A stretch of 48,331 bases of DNA from a virus (taxonomy: Duplodnaviria; Caudoviricetes). Below the pieces are notes generated by a model. That model was not told where the DNA came from. It saw only the letters and a program-made list of their open reading frames with translations, and made no database searches. The stretch spans positions 1 to 48,331 of the IMG/VR virus record IMGVR_UViG_3300025451_000020. One strand, written 5' to 3'. The translations under genes were made by a program, and so were the position numbers. The first letter of the stretch is position 1. Every line of letters starts with the position of its first letter. Of the stretch, positions 35,773 to 44,800 are shown piece after piece.

Positions 35773-35774
35773 GC

Positions 35775-35804
35775 TTGACTCAGTTACCTTGAATCAAGTA
35801 TCTT
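35775..35804 (+). promoter_or_regulatory. sigma70-like promoter
   Basis: TTGACT-18 bp-TATCTT, 13 nt upstream of ATG 35818. Confidence 0.5.
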
Positions 35805-35817
35805 GCGGCTTAACGCT

Positions 35818-38800
35818 ATGTCGCAATTTACTACTGATCCAGACGGAATTGAAATTGAACTTTTAGACCTCCCAGAATGGGGCTCTAAAAATAATCGAAA
35901 GCTTGATAACGTCAAGGACCTCTCAGATTACAAGAATTACGCGACAACTAATTTCCTACGTTCAGGGCAAAAGCCAGATCAGTTCAGCCAGTCCCTAAAC
36001 GAAACTCTTTTTAACGAGGGACGTGAACGAGGTATCTTCCAAGCCCCTGACGCCGCGTTACCGGAGCCAGAACAACTTACTAAGCTCAACGAGCAGTTCT
36101 CTTCATTCGCGAACTCAGACCGCGTTGATTCCACTAAAGACTTAGACCTAGTCGTCAACTCTTTACCTGAAGAGGACCCCCTTAAAACCAAGGGACAAGA
36201 ATATTTAGATCGCTTTAATGCTCAACGTACCAGCGGGCTCAAAGACACCACCTTGGATATCCTTGGCTCTGAGGTAAAGGATATCTTTTCAGCTGACCGG
36301 ATTCAAGATGCAAGAATCCAGTACGCGAAAGATAAGAACCTTTCGTTCATGGACTTCCCGACCGTCAACGAAGCGGGTCAAGTCGATCCTCAACGTCGTG
36401 GAGTTTGGATTAACCCCTCGGTCAACCCAGACCGCAAGATGTTGTTTGAAGCAGTAAATCAATCCCAAGGCTTAATCGATCCTTATGCCGTCACCGCTGC
36501 CGAGTCGATGATTCAAACTGACCAAGGCAAAACAATGCCGAGGTATAAACAGCAAGAGCTTGAGATTAACAAGCAACTTTTTGGTGAAACCGAAGCCAAG
36601 TCTGCCCAAGTAGACCGCTCCCAGCAAGGGTCAAACTTTTCTATGCTTATGGATCAAGTAGTTGAGGTGGCTAATGATGGCTACGCTCAGACAAAAGACA
36701 TTAATAAAGCTACTGAGGTTGAGCTAACTAAGAAAATAGATACCGGTGTTCCAATCATTAGTGGAATGGAAGGGGAGAGCTATGTCTACAATCAGAAAGA
36801 AGTAGGTACTGGCAAAAGCGTAGACCTTTCTTTGAAGCTTGCTCGAAGAGCTTTGGCCCAAAGCGACCCAACAAATCCACTCATTAAAGGTTTGTCCGAA
36901 GATGAATTCGTTCAGGTCGGTAAAGACTACATCAAGCAAAGGCTTGCACCCCCACTCGATGTTGACAAGCCTGAAAATAATTTCGCGACTCTTAGCGACG
37001 GTTCTAAAATTCCTTTGGGTACCACGGCCTTACTTTCCACAGAGAAGTTCGAGCAAGGTATGGACAAGCTTGGCCTCGAGGGCAAAGACCGTGATATTGC
37101 TTCCGCTGTGCGTAAAGGTTACCTCGCAGCTAACACTAGCAAGTTGGACAAAGTTCTATCAGACTTCGGTGGTGACGAGTACCATGACTACATGGTTAAC
37201 ACTACAGCAAGTGATCCAACGAAAACAAAGACGGATCTTATCGCTGACTACATCGACCAAAAAGCAAAAGAAGATTCTTGGGCTACTTGGTTAAAACCTC
37301 GTGCAGCCGGTCTTGCACGTTCTTGGTCTGACGGTGGTTCAGCTGTCATTCAAGCGGTCGGTGGCGGTATTACTACCTTGATTGGTTGGGAAGGTGGGCG
37401 CAAAGCTTTGGAAGACTGGGCTATTAGCGATGCGAAGCGTAAGCAAGACCGTGGAACATTTGCTTCGGCAATGGGTTCTCCTCTAGGAATTGGTTATGAG
37501 TTTGCTGAGCAAGCAGCTCCAATGATCATCGATATCGCTTTAACCAAAGGTGCGGGATCATTAGCTAGAACTGCCACCAAAGCAGTTATGAAATCGACAG
37601 CAGGAACCGCTGCTCGATTTGGAACTGAGGCAATTAAAGGAGTGTTGGGAGAAGAATCAAAGACTTTGCTCGGTAAGCTTTCACAAAAGGCATTGACCCC
37701 TTACGTCGAAGGTTTGAAGGCTGGTACTTCTGAAACAAGTCCTGCCCAGCTCTGGCGCGTGATGCGTAAAGATATCGAGGATCGTCTCGCACCTTTGGCG
37801 GCAGCAACGGCAACTCAACGTGGTCTCAGCGGTGCCCGATCTGCCCAAGGATCCTATGTTGAAACAGTCATGGATATGCGTTCTCAGAAGAACGCGGATG
37901 GTTCAAACAAGTTTAGCGAAAAACAAATTCAAGACGCCGCCTTGGTTAACGGATTGAACTCAGGCGTTATTACGGCTCTGGTCGAGCATAGCTTCGGTAA
38001 GTACTTTGGAGAAGGTGCTGACCAACTTATGACTGGTAAGAATTTACGCCAAATTAAGTTTTATGCGAATCAGCTTTCACAATCAGTTCGCGGTAGCGGG
38101 ATCGGTGGTGATGAACTTTACGGTATCCTTAAGAACGTTGTAAAAGACGTTGTCCAGACCGGCTCTAAAGAGATGTGGAAGGAAATGCCTTCTGAATTTG
38201 GAGAAGAATTTGTTGATACCTTGACCTCAACTGCGGTCAATGCCTTGGTCAACAACAAGGATCTCGATGTTGTGGGTACTATTAAAGACTCATTCAAGGC
38301 AGGCTTCATGGGCGCGGGTTATGGTGGCTTGATTGGAGGCACCGTTAAGTCTGGAGTACTTTCAAAGATTGACCAGCAGCGGGACATGATGTCTGGTACA
38401 GCACAAGGGATCCAGAAAGAAATACTTGAGAAGACGATAGCTAAACTTGAAGAGAACGGTAGCTCACCAGAGACAGTTGCTATTCTCAAGGACCGGATGC
38501 GAATTGCACAGCGTCGTTACCAAGCCGTTGCTGACCTATTGCCAACAGCACCACCGGCACCGGCAGCTGCCGATGCATTGGACCAACTCGAAGAAGAGCC
38601 CTTTGATATTCCAAAAGCACCGGCCCCTACAGTTCCCCCAGAAGGACCTCATGCGCCTACGCGCCTTGCCCTAAAGCAGGCACGTGACCTTGCTGTTTCT
38701 ATAGACGAATTAAAAACGATTCAGGGTAGCGGTAAGATTAACAAGGATGGTATCCCAACCATCACACCGAACGATGTTCTAGCTTATGTCAATAATCGTA

Positions 38801-41800
38801 CAGCAGAAAACTTTCAGTTCGCGTTCCAAGGTGGGGATGCGATCTTTAATCCCCCAGGAGGTGTTCAATCTGTAGGGGAGAACCGACCACCAGAGAATAC
38901 CCCAGAAGAGCGCACCTTCAATGACATGAAGGACACGGTAGTTGTTATCGATGGGCAACGCGGTAAGATTCGAGTTGAAAACGGTGAAGTTCTTTTGGAC
39001 CCTGAAACCGGTGATGCGCCTATTATTCTTCCAGCTAATGCCGACATGAAACTTCGGGAGTTCGAAGGCTTTGAAGGTACCTTCGAAGAGAAACCAATGG
39101 TCAGCACTCGTCGTGCCCCGCGCCAGATTGATTCTGTCTCCGAGCAAGGTAAGGTGGTTTATGGAAACACTGAGTATGATCTCCCTAACGATCCACGTTT
39201 CGCTAATGTTCGGAAAGCTTCTGACGGGTCGATCGAATCAATGCATATCCTTGTCGAGAATAGCAAGGGTCTCAAGACTTGGGTCTACGCAGCCGGTGAA
39301 AACATCCCCTCGATTGAAACTGTTTATCGCGTCCGCGGTAATGAGTCTTCACAAGGATTCAATGAAGCTGTAGCTAATGCACAAGAAGAAGAGATTCTTC
39401 GTAACAAAGCGGCACAAGAGAATAAGCCGGTCCAGTCCAAGAAAAGACGCCAGCAAAAGCGTGAAGAACGCGGTGCCCCTCTTGTTACAGATCTCGGCCA
39501 AGCTACGATGGAAGTAAGCGCGGACTACCGTGTCAACCAACTTAATGACCCAACGACTTCTGCGGAGCTTATTAATGCCTTGAATGTTGTCGCTACCCAA
39601 CTAGGTATTGATTCTTCATTGATCAGTGACCCACGTGAGTTGTTCACAATGATCGGACCAGACCTAGCCGCTGGTCTTGATATCGATGGTTTCTCTCCAG
39701 CCCAAATCAATAGCGCAGTATTTAATCTTCGAAATAACGGAGAGCCGACGACTATCCTCGAGCACTTAGTCAACGAGGAGATGATTACTCCAGCGGATCG
39801 TATTCGACGCAACGCTCAAATCCAAGCTTTTAGAAACAAGAATAAAGGTCAAGCAGCTAAGCATGGTATCAAAGCAGGAATGGATGTAAATACTGTGCTG
39901 CAAAGCATCGCGAAGTCCGCTACCAATAAGCTTCACCGCGAGACTGCGAAACAACTATTGAAGCTTGGGGTAACTGATGTTCCTGTTATCGTTGCGAGTC
40001 TCCCAAACAACAATTCAGTTGCGGGTGCTTATCTTCGTTCAAGCAATGCTGTTATCTTGAACCTTGCATCTGATAACGGTGGTGGTCCAGTTGATGTGAT
40101 GCTGCATGAACTTATGCACTCAGTCTCTGAGCGTATTATTTCTAACCCACAGAACGCTGTGGAAGTTGAAGTCCGTAGCAGACTCTTGGCTTTACGGGCA
40201 GAATACATGGCCAAAGCAGAAGCTAAGTTTGAAGGCAATGTTCCTCTCGATCTACGCTACGCTTTGGAAGGACGCTTCTCTTTGGACGAGCGGCTTAACG
40301 AACAAGCCGGTGCAGCCGAAATGGTTTCACACTTCTTTGCTTCACAGCAATTCCGTGAACGACTCAACCAGCTCAGCCCAAAAGGTGAGCGTAACTTTGT
40401 TCAAAGAATCATCGATGCAATCGCTTCGGTCTTTAGTGGTAAGCGTATCCCTGACGCGGCTATCTCTGACCTAGTCAAGGTGATGACTGATCTCACACAA
40501 GCAACATCTAATCTTGGCCCTCATCCTTATGGGCGTACCAGCGGACAAGTCCAAGCTTCACGGGTCGCAATCGCACAAGCCAAGGGACTCGGTCCTTTGA
40601 ACGGTGTACCAAACCCATACACCCGCGATAGCTTCCAATGGGCAGAGCACCAGATCGGAACTCTTTCTAATGTGACGATCCCTGAGCAAGAGATCCGCAC
40701 AATCATCGAGGAAGGTAAGTTCGGTATGCTCACAGCAGAGAACCCAAACAACACTATCCTCGATGACGATGCCAATGCATTGCTAAACATCGAAGGCAAG
40801 CAATGGTTGTTAGACCACGGCTACGATGTACACGAGATCGTTGGCCGCTACGATGCGAAAGGCGAGAATAGCTTCCTGATTCCTGGACTTAAATTCCAAG
40901 ACGCAGTGGACTTCGCGGTCAAGTTCAACCAAGAATCGGTGGCTCTTGATTCTGGAATGGTGTATCAGGATGGCAGCTACAACCCACGTATCGGTGGATC
41001 TACTGACCAAGAAGTCGAAGCCGACGACAACTACTTCAGCGCGATCCGCGGTTCGAACGGTACAGTTGTTCCGATCCGAGTTGTGTATGACTGGGAGAAC
41101 AAGGTCGAACCAGAATTTGAATTAAATAAAGTCCGCGATATCGCCGGTAAGTCCGCGGCTTTCAATCAAGTTCTCAAACAAGATGACTTCGAGGTTGAAG
41201 AATCTACTGATACCTTGAAGCCTTTCGTTGTTCGCGATGGTAAGATGATCGTTAATGAAAAGCTCTTGAACGAGAAGCTTGATGACTTGAGCCCCGAGGA
41301 TTCTGATTCAGTTCTTGAACAAGCATTCGTACTCGCCGCTGCTCACGACAAAGCGATCCGTGATATCGGACCAGAATTCCACATCGAGTTTGAAAATAGC
41401 GGGATCAATACAGAAGCTATCCTTGAGTCTATCGCTGATGGTTCTTTGACTACTTCTGATCTCAATGACCTCAAGTTAGTTGACCAAGGTAAGCTTCAAT
41501 CATTCTTAGCTTCCGCTTACGCTGAAATTGCTACTCGTAATAATGGTTCAAACGAACGTTTAGCTACTGCTCAAAACCAGATCGGTGATATGATCCGTGC
41601 CTCCAAGGACGGCTACGCTGATATCCCAGAAACAGCTGAATCTTTTGTGGGTTCCCCAAGCCAAGTCGCTTTGGACATTATTGCTGGGTCAGCTCTACCA
41701 GAACCGTTAGTGAACTACTCGAAGACCGCTGCGGCTATCGTGCCTAGTACGGTCAAACAAAACGTCAAGGCCGGTACCACGGTCGGCACCCGTAACCCAG

Positions 41801-44800
41801 TTGCGAAGCGTGCTACTGAAAGCGGTACTGATTCGAATGCGAGGATCGATCTAGCCACGATGCGTTTGAACCAGCCGGTGTACCGCAAGAATGCTTTGCT
41901 CTTAGTTGAGTATCCATTGGTTGCCCGTGAGTTTCCAAAGCTCGCCGCTGAAGTTCGTAGGCTCCGTGCCAAGATCGCGAAGACCGCGGCTCCAGTCACA
42001 GCCAACGCTGGCCAGATCAACTCGTACAAGGCGACTGCGAAGAACATCATTGCACGTGAGCTTGGAGTCAAAGCTGCCAAGGTCAGCAACGTTGAACTTG
42101 AGAACACTTTGACTGGCACTACCGGCAAGGTCAAATTGACCGGCGCAAACGCAGTTGAGTTCACCAAGTTACAGAAGGACTTGAAGAAGGCCCAAGACAA
42201 AGGAACTCTGCTCAAGGCTACAGCCAAGGAAGCCCGTGATACATTCAGCAAGACCTTGGACCGTATGTCTAAGGACGAGGCACACCCAATCGCTTTGCAA
42301 GCAGACAAAGTTTACGAAGCGATGATCAAAGCTACCGAGTCTAACCTTGAGGCTTTGATCAATTTATTCCCCGCAGAGATCCGCGAGATCGCTAAGCTCT
42401 GGTACGACGGAGCGAACATCATCTCCAACGATTTCTCTGGTCAGTACAAGAAGACGGTCGAGCAAGCCTCGGGCGTACTCGCTGTGTTCAGTCCACAGAA
42501 GGATTGGTTTATGAATATCTCTTTGGCTGACCGCACGATGAATATCTGGGATAGCCAACAAAACTTCGCGTTCGACGAGAAGATGGCAGCTCAGTGGATG
42601 AAGCGTGGCGGTGAGCCACAAGTCACCGGCGAGGAAAAAGACGGAACCCCGATCTACGAGAAGGGCAAAGCAAGCCCTCTGGTCAAGGACGGTGAAGTCC
42701 AGTACGACGAGGACGGCAATATGATGTTCACTGGTTGGTCTTCCACCAACGCAGAGATCAACCGTGCAAATGCAAAGCGTACCTTGGATCGTCTGAGTGG
42801 GAAGAAGCTTTCCGAGCTATCGATCGAGGACCAGTCCAAGTTCATTCGGATGTACTCCGAGACCTATGACTCACCTTCTTTCCGAATGGTCACCCCAGAC
42901 GGTAAGGCCAAGGACTTCTCGAGAACCGAGAAAGGTGCTGAGCAAAAGATTGCATGGCCAGGGTATGGTACGGTTCAGAAAGCTATCCGAATCCTGAGCG
43001 CGGATGCAGGAAGCCAGATTCAAGTCATCAGCGAAGAGCTTGGCAAACAGCACAAGGTTCGCAGCTTCTACAACAACATCGTTGACCCAGCCAGCACTGC
43101 CGGTCACGTGACGATGGATACCCACGCGGTCGCCGCTCTTTTCTGGCAAGCCTTCAGTGGTAACAGCTTCGAGGTCGGGCAGAACTTTGGCACCGCGGGT
43201 ACCTCGAGCGATGGTACTCTTGGGGTCAACGGTATGTACGCACCGAACGCCGAGGCTTACCGCGCAGCGGCAGCAGCTTTCGGTATCCTCCCACGCGAGG
43301 CCCAGTCGATTACTTGGGAAGCTGTGCGCTTGTTATTCCCCGCGAAGTGGAAGTCACAGAAAGCAAACGTCGATCGTGTCCGCGCTGTGTGGGCTAAGTA
43401 CGAGTCGGACAAGACCTTTACGTTGGACCAAGCACGCTCCGAGATCTTTAAGATTACGACTGCGAAGTACGATCGGGACGGCAATGTAACCCAAGAAGGT
43501 AAGGACTTAACTGAAGCTTTCAAGGATACCAATAGTCTGCTCAAGGGCTTGGGCTTCCCAAGCTGGGCCGAGGTCACCAAAGGCCCCGCACCTGCTGGCG
43601 AAATAAGTACAGTTCGTCTTTCCAAGCCACCGGTCCCACGTGAATTTGCAGACAAGCAAGTCACCTTGACCCATTGGTCCTACTCGCCAGAGATGACCGA
43701 GACAGACCCATCGCGCCACGGCAGCGGTGGCGGTGGTAATGAGCTCAAGCGTAGGAAAGAGTACCCAAAGATCTACTCGAACCGAACTTACTTTGGTTAC
43801 GGTAACTACGGGCGTGAGCAACAGATCGGTCAGAATCGGTACGCGATCAACATCGATGGTAACTTGATCTATGACTTCAAACGCGATGAGCTTGATCTCT
43901 ACCCTAGCTCAGAGGACTTGATGGCGAAAGGCTATGCACGGTTCGACCAACGCGCCGCGATTACGTTGTATGAAAATGCGATCAAGGAAGCTGGCTTTGC
44001 CGGTTACGTCAACACCGACTTCCACGCAGGAGTCTTATTTGGTAAGCACTCAGTTACCAAGGTCGAGAACAGCAACAAGACTTTACCTCTAACCGAATCC
44101 GAAGGTACTCCGTTGTTCTCGAGGTCATGGGCCGCAGTTACAGCAGCTAGTCCTGAGTCTGCTTATATGCTCTCGCTCGACGACGTAATGATGAACGAGG
44201 TCACTGGGAAGTTCGAGGCGGGCAATAAGTTTACGCAGTTGTTCCGTGCATCTGGTGGAATGGATCCTCGTTTGTTCGAGGCTAACCAGTACCAAGCCAG
44301 AGCAATCTCGCTAGCGAATAAGAGACTCACCGATCTAATGGGTGATTTTAAAAAGGCAGTCAAAGACGAGAAGATTTCTGACTTCGCTGATGTTAACTTG
44401 GCACTCGGTTCTACTGAACCAACAGTCAAAGCTCAAGACCGTGACAAGGCCGGTGCGATCAGAGACGCAGAAATTGCTAAGGCACATAAGGATTTCCAAT
44501 CATCAGACCACAACAAGAACTACCGAGCCCAAGTCGATGCAGCACGTGCTGATCTATTGATCCACAAAAATAAGCAGATCTATCTGGACGCAGTAAAGGA
44601 TGCTCAAGACGAGCGTGCCGGTCGCATAGTCCCAGGACCTAACCAACCAATGAATGCTTTGCAGATCCGTGACGCACAGATCGAAGCTGCAAAGGCACAG
44701 TATGACCAAGCCTTGCAATCGTCCCGCGCTAATAACTTGAAGCCAGTTCGTCAGGCTATGGTTCAGGCACAGCTCAGACTCGAGCAGCAATCCCCGAAAA

